64,000 nt of DNA from Gammaproteobacteria bacterium (lineage in GTDB: Bacteria > Pseudomonadota > Gammaproteobacteria > Nevskiales > Nevskiaceae), in assembly GCA_026398815.1 (NCBI GenBank), contig JAPLSA010000016.1:61922-125921 (forward strand), written 5' to 3'. Both the position numbers and the translations under genes were made by a program. A model generated the notes under the pieces. It did not search any database, was not told where the DNA came from, and saw nothing but the letters and a program-made list of their open reading frames with translations. Shown one piece after another: positions 30,909-40,600 of this stretch. Each line of letters starts with the position of its first letter. The stretch's first letter is position 1.

Positions 30909-32178
30909 CGGCTGCCACCGTATTGATTGCATCTCGACGCACGCCGTCGGCGGTGCCGCGCAGCAGCCGCAGCAGCAACGCCATGCAGACCAAACCGACG
31001 ATCGCTTGCGCCGCCACCAGCGCCAGCGCAAGGCTTTCTGGCCGGCCATCCCGTACCCCCAGCCATGCCAGCAGCGGCAGCGCCAGCAATACCAGCAGTT
31101 CGCACCAAGTCTGGATCAGCGGCTGGCCCAGGCCCTTGGCGAGCTCGCCCAGAAACTTGCGCGTGGCGCCAATCCACGCGGCCAGCACCAGCCATTGCGA
31201 GGCGGCAGTCGCCGCTGTGAACTCCGCGCCGAAGAACAGCGGATTCAGCCACGGCAGCACGGCAGCGAGCAGCAGGCAGAAGCCGGCATTGACGGCGCTG
31301 AGCTTGGCCACGCGGACCAGCAGCGCGCGCAGGCCGGCACGGCCGTCCCGCGCGCGGCTGGCGGCATCGGCGTAGATCACGAAGCCGGAATTGGAGGCGA
31401 CGATCCTCGGCAGCGTCGAGAACGACTGCGCCACGACGTACAGCCCGAGCGCCGCCGGGCCCAGCAGGGTCGCACCGAGAATCTGGTCGATCCGGAACGT
31501 TTCCATCGGCGAGGCAGAGCCGATGAACGCGCGCAGACCGAAGCGCCGGAAGTCCGCCGGCGAGCGCGTCTCGCCGCCACGCGGCTCGGGCACCCCGCCA
31601 TGCATCACCAGCAGCAGCGCGACCAGCGCCGACAGCAGATAGGAGCAGGCCCAAGCGATGCACAGCGCCAGCAGCGTGACCTGATCGGCAAGCCACAGTC
31701 CGCAGGCCATCAGCGAGTAGCTGGCCGCCGGCACCAGCCGGGCGACGGCGACCTGGCGGAACCGGTCCAGTCCCTGCAGCACCGCGTAGCTGTACTCCTG
31801 CGTGATGAGCCCGACGACCGCAAACGCCATCAGCGCTCCCGGCAGCAGCAGGCGCGGCGGCATCTGCGGTTGGGCCACGCCCACCGTCACGGCAAACATC
31901 AGCAGCGCCAGCGCCAGCCGCATCAGCGCCTGAATGAGCAGCGGCCGCCGGCTGGCATCGGCGAGGCCGCCATCGGCAGCCACGTAGTAGTTCAGCGCCA
32001 CCGGCAGCCCCATCTGCGCCAGCTGGGCGACGATGATCGGCGCCAGCATCAGCAGCGCCAGATGGCCGCGATCCTCAGGGCCTAGGCCGCGCGCGGCGAT
32101 GATGCCGCTCCCAATCAGCACGGCCTGAGCGAGCAGGGAACTGATCGCCATCGCGCCGATGTTGCGGACGAAGCTCAT
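30898..32178 (-). CDS. wzx: oligosaccharide-unit flippase (MOP/PST family)
   Basis: 426 aa, polytopic. MSFVRNIGAMAISSLLAQAVLIGSGIIAARGLGPEDRG is a PST-type N-terminus. Adjacent to wzy. Confidence 0.75.
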   Translation of the reverse strand: MSFVRNIGAMAISSLLAQAVLIGSGIIAARGLGPEDRGHLALLMLAPIIVAQLAQMGLPVALNYYVAADGGLADASRRPLLIQALMRLALALLMFAVTVGVAQPQMPPRLLLPGALMAFAVVGLITQEYSYAVLQGLDRFRQVAVARLVPAASYSLMACGLWLADQVTLLALCIAWACSYLLSALVALLLVMHGGVPEPRGGETRSPADFRRFGLRAFIGSASPMETFRIDQILGATLLGPAALGLYVVAQSFSTLPRIVASNSGFVIYADAASRARDGRAGLRALLVRVAKLSAVNAGFCLLLAAVLPWLNPLFFGAEFTAATAASQWLVLAAWIGATRKFLGELAKGLGQPLIQTWCELLVLLALPLLAWLGVRDGRPESLALALVAAQAIVGLVCMALLLRLLRGTADGVRRDAINTVAADGR

Positions 32179-32224
32179 TCCGGGCCGGGGACGCAGCGTG
32201 CCGCTTTCGCTTCGCGACTCGGGT

Positions 32225-32995
32225 TCAAGCCTCTTCCCGCCCGAACAGCGCGTCCATCTGCAGCACTTCGCCGTTGTGGGGATCCTTCATCCATGCCAGC
32301 GGACGCAGGAAGCGGAAGCCGCGTGCCTTCATGAACTCGAGCATTTCGGGAAACAGCATCTCGCCTTCGTACAGCGGCCGCAGCGAGGCTTCCAGCAGCA
32401 CGTAATCGACCCGAGCCAGCGCTTCACTGGCACCGGCCAGCACCTTGGCCTCGAAGCCCTGCACGTCAATCTTCAGCAAGGTCATGCCCGATGGCTGGAT
32501 CGCCGGCATCAGCGAATCCAGCGTCTGCACCTTGACCTCGATCGTCGAGGCCTCGCGGTACTCGGGAAACGCCTCCAAGTGGCGGGTTGCCAGCGGCAGG
32601 ATCGAGCTGGAGTGCGAGAGCGTGTTGACATGAAACGCCGTGCTGCCGATGAAGTCGCCGCAGGCCACGGCGTGCGCGGTGGAGCGGGAAAACGACGCGA
32701 CGTTCTTCGACAGCTGGGCAAAGGAGTCCGGCTGCGGCTCGAATGAATGGACGCGCGCCTGCGGAAACGTCTTCAGCGACGCCACCGCGAACTGGCCGAC
32801 ATTGGCGCCGATGTCGATCACGGTCTCTGGAACGATGCCCTGACGGAGCAGTTCGGACGTGATCTCGAACGACGCCACGGAAAACTTCGGCCAGGTGATC
32901 AATGCAACCCAGGCTCTGGGATTCAGGCCCAGCGCGATGAGTCGGGGCAGCGTGTCTCGCCCGAGCTGGGCCAGCTTGAGCCGGATGTTGGTCAT
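32225..32995 (-). CDS. FkbM-family methyltransferase
   Basis: VIDIGANVGQFAV....FP.ARVHSFEP.P.SF..L..N...........A.G...G...F.......SSIL...LLKIDVQGFE..VL.GA are canonical FkbM blocks. Confidence 0.8.
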   Translation of the reverse strand: MTNIRLKLAQLGRDTLPRLIALGLNPRAWVALITWPKFSVASFEITSELLRQGIVPETVIDIGANVGQFAVASLKTFPQARVHSFEPQPDSFAQLSKNVASFSRSTAHAVACGDFIGSTAFHVNTLSHSSSILPLATRHLEAFPEYREASTIEVKVQTLDSLMPAIQPSGMTLLKIDVQGFEAKVLAGASEALARVDYVLLEASLRPLYEGEMLFPEMLEFMKARGFRFLRPLAWMKDPHNGEVLQMDALFGREEA

Positions 32996-33013
32996 CGGAA
33001 ATCCGTGAATGGG

Positions 33014-33871
33014 CTAGCCAAGAAACCAGTCAAGCCGCGCTTGCAGCGTGGCGGGGCTGTCGAGGTCCTTGAGGTAAAGGCCGCAGCCGTGCTCGAACAG
33101 GCCGGGAGGTCGGAAATAGTTGCTGCCTTCCGGAAAGAACACGAGCTCCGGCACGCGGTAGTAATACGCAAGATGCAGGAAGAAGCTGTCCGGCCCGATG
33201 TAGCGATCCGAGGCCTTCAGCGCGCGGGCCGCATCGGTCAGCGCCGGCTTGAGCAGGTAGCGCTCGACCTGATCGGCCAATGCGCCGAACGTACCATCGA
33301 CGTCGATCAGCGTGACGGCGACACCCCGGGTCCGTGCGGCGTCGACAAGGCCGCGCACGGCGCCGACCGTCAGCGCCTTTTCAGCGATCCGGGAACTCGG
33401 ATTGATCAGCACCGTCGCGGCCTTGCCGCTCGGCAGCGCCACGGGCGGGAACGGGTGATCGCCAATCAACGGAGCGAGCACTTCGGTCCGGTCCTGATAG
33501 ACCGTCGTGCGCTTCGGAATCTCGATGATCGAGGCACCCCGGCCGGAGACCATCCAGCGATTCCGGATGCTGGGCGGCTTCTCGAAAATCAGCGTGTCCC
33601 CGGCGCCGGTGTGCGACTGCGCCCATCGACGCAGCGCCAGTCCGTCTTTCAGCGCCTGAACCGGGCCGTGCTTCTTCAGCGCGTAGAACGCCGGGACTTC
33701 ATCGAACAGCATCTGATCGGGCGCTCGCGGCTGATCGAGCAGCTCGCCGACCTTCGCGGTGATCGAGGTGCCGACGATCCGGATGCGATGGCCCGCGACG
33801 CCGGCACGCTCGATCAGTGCGGCCGTGATCAGGGCATCGCCGTAACCCAGCAGTGAAAGGAGGGTGATCAC
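33014..33871 (-). CDS. GT9-like (heptosyltransferase-fold) glycosyltransferase, short form (tentative)
   Basis: GTG start. ITLLSLLGYGDALITAALI resembles the GT9 N-terminal I.R.SALGD....P.. block, and the C-terminal half has a VLINPSS...AL GT-B-like pattern. Weak. Confidence 0.45.
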   Translation of the reverse strand: MITLLSLLGYGDALITAALIERAGVAGHRIRIVGTSITAKVGELLDQPRAPDQMLFDEVPAFYALKKHGPVQALKDGLALRRWAQSHTGAGDTLIFEKPPSIRNRWMVSGRGASIIEIPKRTTVYQDRTEVLAPLIGDHPFPPVALPSGKAATVLINPSSRIAEKALTVGAVRGLVDAARTRGVAVTLIDVDGTFGALADQVERYLLKPALTDAARALKASDRYIGPDSFFLHLAYYYRVPELVFFPEGSNYFRPPGLFEHGCGLYLKDLDSPATLQARLDWFLG

Positions 33872-33909
33872 TTCAAGGCGTCAGCGGGGTGAGATTTTTT
33901 TCACGGGTA

Positions 33910-34809
33910 TCAAGCTCCGGCTTTCGAACGGGCCGGTAAGGCCAGTGCAACCATCACGCCAAGAACCAGACCCACGATGAATCCAAGCACCGAAATCAGC
34001 GCCCGCTTCGGGCTGTCACGCTCTTCGGCGACCTGAGCAGGGTCGACCACCCGGAACGCAAACTCCTCGCGTCCGTTCGCGATCATCACCTTCTTGATTT
34101 CCGCTTCGATCAGGCTACTGATGGCTTTCTGCAACTCCACGACGCTGGTCTTGGTCAGCTGCTCGTTGAGGTAAGCGAGATTGATCTGGGATTCGTTGAT
34201 GGCGCGTGTGCGCAGGTCGCGATTGGCGCGCGATACGAGTTCGGTGGCCCACTGGGCTGCCAGTTTCGGATCGGTCCACGTGATTGCCAGCGTGACTAGC
34301 CCGGATTTCTTATCCTCCGACACGTCCCGAACCTTCTTGGCGAATCGACGCTCCGCTTTCCACGGTGTCGGGATTTCGTCGGGATCCGTGGTTTTCCAGG
34401 TCTTTTTCGCGGCGTCCCACTTGTGCGCGTACAGCACGGGCACGAGGTCGTTGTCGCGAATGAAGGTCTCGGTCAGCGCGTGCGACTGCAGCGTGGCGAC
34501 GGCGATCGCGCGCCGACCCGAGCCACCGCTGAGTCCGGCAAGGCTCGAGAGCCCCCCGAACTGGGACAGCAGCGCGCCGGCGCCGCCCAGCTTGCCGGCC
34601 GTATCGTCCTCGACGGGCGACAGTACGACCGTAGCGACGTACTTCTCGGGCATCACGTACGAGATGCCGACGGCAACGATTCCGAACCCGACAGCGCATG
34701 CCGTAATCAGCCAGCGCCGTGACCACAGTGCGTCGAACAGGTCACGCAGCGAAATTTCGTCCGGTTGGGGGTCCATGAGGCGTCGATGGGCAAGTGGAAA
34801 ACGCGTCAC
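33910..34809 (-). CDS. wzz: polysaccharide chain-length determinant (Wzz / PCP-1-like)
   Basis: EISLRDLFDALWSRRWLITACAVGFGIVAVGISYVMPEKYVATVVLSP is a Wzz N-terminal motif plus TM1, followed by a coiled periplasmic region and a C-terminal TM (ALISVLGFIVGLVLGVMVALALP). No kinase domain. Confidence 0.75.
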   Translation of the reverse strand: MTRFPLAHRRLMDPQPDEISLRDLFDALWSRRWLITACAVGFGIVAVGISYVMPEKYVATVVLSPVEDDTAGKLGGAGALLSQFGGLSSLAGLSGGSGRRAIAVATLQSHALTETFIRDNDLVPVLYAHKWDAAKKTWKTTDPDEIPTPWKAERRFAKKVRDVSEDKKSGLVTLAITWTDPKLAAQWATELVSRANRDLRTRAINESQINLAYLNEQLTKTSVVELQKAISSLIEAEIKKVMIANGREEFAFRVVDPAQVAEERDSPKRALISVLGFIVGLVLGVMVALALPARSKAGA

Positions 34810-35066
34810 GTGGCGCGGGCGCCGTTACGGGCATTCGATCCGCGAAGTCTAGCAGCGCGCCGATGACGGCCCGACAATTCTGCCGGCTTGCGCGTTCAGC
34901 GGCGATGCGAAACCATCGGCCGCGTCACAGAACGCATGACCTGGTGCCCGCACCGGCCTGCTGCGAACTGGACCGTGGTCACTGTCATCCGGCATGGTTA
35001 TCGCGGGCCCAGGCGCGTCGCGCCTTGCGCCCCGATTCGCTGATCCGCCCTCTGCTCGTCTTCATC

Positions 35067-36560
35067 ATGACCCTGACCGCCGTTTTCGCCAGATACCCCC
35101 GCGCCATCGTCGTTGCAGCACTGTTGTGGACCAGCGCTGCGGGCGCGTCGCCATGGCTGGATGTGGGTGATCGCAGGTTGCGTGCCGATGTCGAGTTGCT
35201 CGAGTCACGCGGCTTGATCGCAGGGCCAATCACAACCTGGCCGTTGCCGGCCGGGTTTTTTGCGAATTTGCAGGAGGGAAGCTCGCTTTTGGGTGAGCCC
35301 CTGCATGTTCAGGCCGCCGCGCAGCGCGTACTTCGTGCGCTTGGCGGCCCAGATGGTGGTCTCAGGCCAGCCGGCGAGCTCCGGCTGGCCAGCGCGCCGA
35401 ATCTGATTCGCGACTTCGGCGACAACGCGCGCGACGAGGTGGACGTCCGCGTCGGGCTCGATCACGACGGCGAGCGTTTCGCGGCGCGGCTGCGCGTGGG
35501 GGCAATCAGCGCGGTCGACGGCGAAGGGTATCGGCCGACGCTCGATGGCAGCTATGCGAGCCTGCTGGTCGGCAACTGGCAGATGTACGGCGGCACCATC
35601 GACAAGTTCTATGGTCCCGGGCAGATATCGAGCCTGATCCTGTCGAACAACGCACGTCCATTCCCGAAGATCGGCATCACCCGCAACAGCCCTGAAGCCT
35701 TCGAAACCCGTTGGCTGAGCTGGCTGGGGCCCTGGCAGCTCGATTTCTTCATCGGCCTTCTGGAAGAGCGCGACCGCCTGATTCGCAACGTTTGGGTCGG
35801 CAGCCTGCGTTTCGAGTTCATGCCGGTCGACGGGCTCACCGTCGGCATCACCCGCAGTGTGCAGTTCTGCGGCGATTCGCTGGGCTGCAATCCACTCGAG
35901 GCGGCGTTCGCAATCAACAACGTGCCCGGGGACCGCAACAATTCGAACGATCAGGCGGCGATCGAGTTCAAGTATGTCCGTGCTTTCAATACGGTCAGCT
36001 TTTCGCCCTACGTTCAGTTCTTGAACGACGATACCGGGCCTTTTACGCATTCCTACACCAGCTATCTCGGTGGCATGCGCTGGGCCGGCCCTTGGGGCAC
36101 CAACGGCACCACGTGGAGTTTCACGACTGAATACAGCGATACCCGTGCAACGAATGACTGGTTCGAGTTCGACAATCGCTTGGCCGGATTCGCCTACAAC
36201 AACACCGAATATGTCGATGGCTCGCGATATCGCGGGCGAACGTTGGGCTTTTCGCTCGACTCCGATTCGGTACTGATCTCGTTCGCTGGGGCAATGACCG
36301 ACACGGCGGGCCGGCGGTACCGACTCGAGTATCACAACGCTCAGATCAGTTCGGCAGAACTTTCCAACGCCCCGCTGAACGAGTTCTACGTGAACACGGT
36401 CAGCAGACAGCCGGCCACCGTCCACCAGATCGAAACCGGTATCAGCGCTCCGTGGCGCAATTTCCTGTTCGATCTGTCGGTGCGCTGGCAAGACGCAACG
36501 CCGTTCCCGGATCGCGGGCCGGAATTCAATGTCGAGGCTGGGGTGCAGTTGCGGTTCTGA
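35067..36560 (+). CDS. wzi: capsule assembly protein Wzi-family outer-membrane beta-barrel
   Basis: From MTLTAVFARYPRAIVVAALLWTSAAGASPWLDVGDRRLRADVELLESRGLI.GPITTWPLP, the Wzi signature N-terminus after a signal peptide. Aromatic-rich barrel strands, ending in F. Confidence 0.75.
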   Translation: MTLTAVFARYPRAIVVAALLWTSAAGASPWLDVGDRRLRADVELLESRGLIAGPITTWPLPAGFFANLQEGSSLLGEPLHVQAAAQRVLRALGGPDGGLRPAGELRLASAPNLIRDFGDNARDEVDVRVGLDHDGERFAARLRVGAISAVDGEGYRPTLDGSYASLLVGNWQMYGGTIDKFYGPGQISSLILSNNARPFPKIGITRNSPEAFETRWLSWLGPWQLDFFIGLLEERDRLIRNVWVGSLRFEFMPVDGLTVGITRSVQFCGDSLGCNPLEAAFAINNVPGDRNNSNDQAAIEFKYVRAFNTVSFSPYVQFLNDDTGPFTHSYTSYLGGMRWAGPWGTNGTTWSFTTEYSDTRATNDWFEFDNRLAGFAYNNTEYVDGSRYRGRTLGFSLDSDSVLISFAGAMTDTAGRRYRLEYHNAQISSAELSNAPLNEFYVNTVSRQPATVHQIETGISAPWRNFLFDLSVRWQDATPFPDRGPEFNVEAGVQLRF

Positions 36561-36764
36561 TCGACTGGAATCGAAGTCGGACGACATTCCGCCCAGCACT
36601 TCTGCGCGTGGAGTGCCGCCAGCCCGGCCGGCGGATTCCAGCTTTAGCCGAACGAGAACTACGGGACAATCCCCAACGGCGCCGCCGCAGGTGGAAAGAC
36701 CTGATCGTCCGCGCCGCGTGACGATCGTGGGTCGGCAATTCGGTGCAAGGCTGCGCCTTACCCC

Positions 36765-37592
36765 CTAGCCACCCTGCACGTTGGCCAGCCAGGCCGTTCC
36801 GCCGAACCACTTGTTGTAGAGCGCGTCGTAGCTGCCGTCGTTGCGGATGTGGTTCTGGAAGTGGTCGAGCCAGTTCAGGAAATCCGGATCGCCCTTGCGG
36901 ATCGCCCAGCCGAGCGGCTCCTTGGTGAACGGCTCCTTGATGTGCACCAGGCTGTCCTTGTACTGGGCGGCGTAGACGACGTTGAACGGCAGGTCGTAGA
37001 CGAAGGCATCGGCGCGGCCGTTGCGCACTTCCAGCGCGGCGTCGGCTTCGGTCTCGAAGGTCTTGAGCCGCGCCTTGCCGAGGAAGCGGCGGGCGGCGAT
37101 GTCGCCGGTGGTGCCGAGCTTGGTGGCGATGGTGTACTTCGGGTCGTTCAGATCCTTGACCGTCTTCACCGTGTCGCGGTGGCGGACATTCAGCAGGAAG
37201 GTCTGGCCGATGATGATGTACGGCTCGGCGAAGTTGACCTGCAGGTTGCGCTCCGGAGTGATGGTCATGCCGGAGATCAGGATGTCGAACTTGTCGGTCA
37301 GCAGCGCCGGGATGATGCCGTCCCACTGGGTGTTCACGAAGCTGACCTTCACGCCCATGTAGCGGGCCATCAGCTTGGCGAGATCGACATCGAAACCGAT
37401 GATCTCGCCGCGCTTGTCGCGCATCTCGAACGGTAGATAGCCGGCTTCCAGCCCGACCCGCAGCTCGCCGCGCTTGAGCACCTGGTTGAGCGTCGATTTC
37501 TCCCATAGCGCCTGGTCCGCAGCACCCGCTGGCGGCAACGGCGCAAGCCAGGCGAACAGCAGCAAGGTGGCGGTCAGCAGGGCCTGGCGCAT
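36765..37592 (-). CDS. ABC-transporter family-3 substrate-binding protein (polar amino acid type), orphan
   Basis: From MRQALLTATLLLFAWLAPLPPAGA signal; LRVGLEAGYLPFEMRDK.GEIIGFDVDLAK..A..MGVKV.FVNT.WDGIIPAL...KFD.ILSGMTIT.ER. No permease or ATPase gene adjacent. Confidence 0.85.
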   Translation of the reverse strand: MRQALLTATLLLFAWLAPLPPAGAADQALWEKSTLNQVLKRGELRVGLEAGYLPFEMRDKRGEIIGFDVDLAKLMARYMGVKVSFVNTQWDGIIPALLTDKFDILISGMTITPERNLQVNFAEPYIIIGQTFLLNVRHRDTVKTVKDLNDPKYTIATKLGTTGDIAARRFLGKARLKTFETEADAALEVRNGRADAFVYDLPFNVVYAAQYKDSLVHIKEPFTKEPLGWAIRKGDPDFLNWLDHFQNHIRNDGSYDALYNKWFGGTAWLANVQGG

Positions 37593-37694
37593 CGTCGTCG
37601 GTACTCGAAAAAGGGCATGCCGGCAGATTACCACCGGGGTCCTGCGCGGCCGGCGCGGGGCGTCATCGACGCCGCCGCACCGGCTGTTTCAACC

Positions 37695-40600
37695 TCAACT
37701 CACCCGCAGCCGACGCCGCCGCCACAGCGCCGCCAGGCCGAAGGCGGCCAGCAGCACGCCGCCGGCCGAACCGCCGCCACCGCTGGCGGCAGGGACTGCA
37801 CCGGTGGTCACCCGGTAGCTGGCGCTGACGCCGCCGACCGTCACCGTCATCGTCGTGGGGGTCGAGGCTGCACTCGACGCCGTCTGCTGCAGCACCAGCG
37901 TCTGACCGTTGCTGATGGTGCCCGGCGCAGTGGTGAACACGCCGCCACTGACGCTGTAGCTGCCGCCGCTGACGGTCACCGTCGCTGGCTGGTTGATGCC
38001 GCTGATGGTCGCCGGCGCGCTGGTCTGCACCGAGCCGGGAACCGCATCGACGGTATCCGGGAAGCTGAACGGCGCCGGTGTGGTCAGGTCATCGTTGACG
38101 ATGGTGATCACCTGCGTCGACGGGCTGCCGATCCGGGCGTTGCCAATGGGTGTGCCCAGCACCAGCACCAGGGTTTCGTCGGGCTCCTGTACCCGGTCGC
38201 GCAACACCGACACGGTCAGGCTGGCCATCGACTGGCCGGCCGGAATCAGCAGTTGCGTTGCACTGAGCCGGTAGTCGTCGCCGGCCGTCGCGGTGCTCGC
38301 CGGATCGACGTTGACCGGCACCGTGACGTCGCTGCCAGCCGGCGTGCTCAGGCTCACCGTGACGGTCACCGGCGTGGTCGTGGTGGCATCCGACGGATCG
38401 CCCTCGACGACGCGCTGGCTGGCCAGCGTGAAGCCGACGTCCGGCGTGATGCCGCTGAAATTGGCGCTGGCCACGGTGGAGACACGGCTGGCGTTGCCGG
38501 CGGCATCGTTGAACGCGCCGGCCCGGACCCGCGCGGTGACCGTGCCGTTGGCGCTCATGCCGGACACGGCGACGGTGTAGTTCGGGCCGCTGTCGATCAC
38601 CCGCGCGGTGGTCGGCAGCGCGCTGCCGCCGAGTTCGAGGTCATCGGCCGCGAAATCGCCGGTGGCCTCGCTCAAGGTCACCACGAACAGCACCGGCGAA
38701 CTGACCACCGGATCGGGCTGCGCGCCATCGACGGCGATGGTGGCGGTCGGCGGATCGAGGTCGACGGCGTAGACCTCGCCGACGGTGAACGCGCCATTGC
38801 CGGCGCCGCTGCCGCCCAGCGGCACGCCGCTGGCGACGCTGGTGATCGAGTCGTCGTCGGCGACATCCAGCCGCAGGCTGCCGCTGCCGCTGCCGGTCAG
38901 CACGCGGACGCTGTAGAGGCTGCCGCTGCCGCTCACCGAGGCCACCGATGCGCCGCTCAGCGCGCCGGTCGTGGTGAGCCGGAAATCGCCGGCATCGACG
39001 CCGCTGACGGCTTCGCTGAAACGCAGCTGGAAGTCGACGCTGCTGCTGTTGGTCGGGCTCGGGTTGACGCGCTCGATGGCGGTGACGATCGGCCCGGTCA
39101 CCGGCGCACCGGCATTGCAGACGGCCGGCGTCACCCGCAGCGACCAGGCGCGGACGCTGCCGGTATCAGCCGCCGCCAGATCCTGCACGCGCAGCGCCCA
39201 GCGGCCATTGCCGACGCTGCCGGTCAGCGTTTCCAGCGGGCTGGCCGGCGTGTAGCTGCCGGTGAACGGTGCATTGGCGCTGCTGATGTTCTGGATGCTG
39301 CCGCCGCTGCTCTGGTCGTCGAGCAGCACCTGGCAGAAGTTGTTGCCGCTGCTGCCGGCGCCATTGATCAGCGGCACCGCAACGCCGCCCGGTGACACCA
39401 GGCTGATCACCAGATCGCCGACGAAGCTGTGATCGATGCCGACGGTGGTCGCGCCGACCACATTGCTGCACAGGTCGCCGTCGATGCTGACGCTCAGGTT
39501 GCGAATCCGGCCGTTGCTGCCGGGAATGGTCAGCGCCGCTTCCACCGGATCGCCGGCATCGGGAATCGCCAGCACCGGGCCGCCATAGCGGAAAGTGACC
39601 GGCGTGCCGGCGCTGCCGGTCGGCTCACTGAGCAGGAAGCGCTGCGGACTGCCGCTGCCGTTGTAGGCCACGCTCAGCACCAGCGAAAGATTCCGGCCGC
39701 AGGGGAAGCCGGATTCGACTCGGAAGGTCAGCGCGGTGTCGTTGCCGGCCGTGCTGCCGGCGGCGATGTCGGCATAGTCGGAACTGCCGTTGAACACGGT
39801 CACGCCGCTTCCCGCCGCAGTCAGCGTGGCGCGGACGCCGGTGGCCGCGACCGCGCCGATGTTGCTCAGCGGCAGCTGCAGCGCGAACGATTCGCCCGGC
39901 TCGATCACGCCGTCGCCGTCACCGGCGATCTGCGTGAACTGCGCGCCCTCGGCCGTCAGGTACGGCTGCGGCGTCGCCCCGATCGCGGCCAGTGCCGGCA
40001 CCGGCATGACGATGCCGACGCCGCTGTCGCGATCCGGCCCCGGCGCTTCGATGTCGATTGCGGTCGCCGCCAAGGTGTCGCGCACGGCCGTTGCCGACAG
40101 CGACGGCCGGGCGCCTTTCAGCAGTGCCGCGATGGCCGCCGCATGCGGCGCAGCCGCCGAGGTGCCGTAGAACGTCGAGAAGCCCGGTGCCGAAGTGCTG
40201 ACGCCATCGGCGGCAGTAAGGTCCGGCTTGCGGCGGACCACGCCACCGGTCGCGAAGCTGCGGTCGCCAGGTGTCAGTTCGGCGCCGGTCGGGCTGAGCA
40301 GGATCTTGCGCGGGCCGTCGGCGCTGAAGCTTTCGGTCTCGCTGCCCGGCCCGAACCGGCCGGGGAACGGACCGTTCGGAGTGAGCTCGTCGAACGCGGC
40401 CGCTGCCGGCGTCGCTGCGGTGCTGAACGCCGCCACGGCGGCGCTGTGGCCGCGCGTCGCGCCGCTGGTGGCCAGCGCGCGGTCGACGATGCCGCGGAAC
40501 ACGATCAGGTTGAACGGCGGCGGTGTGGTGGACGGACTGCTGAACAGCGACACCACCACGCGCTCGCCGGGGTTGACGCCGGCTTCGATGAACTCGAACG

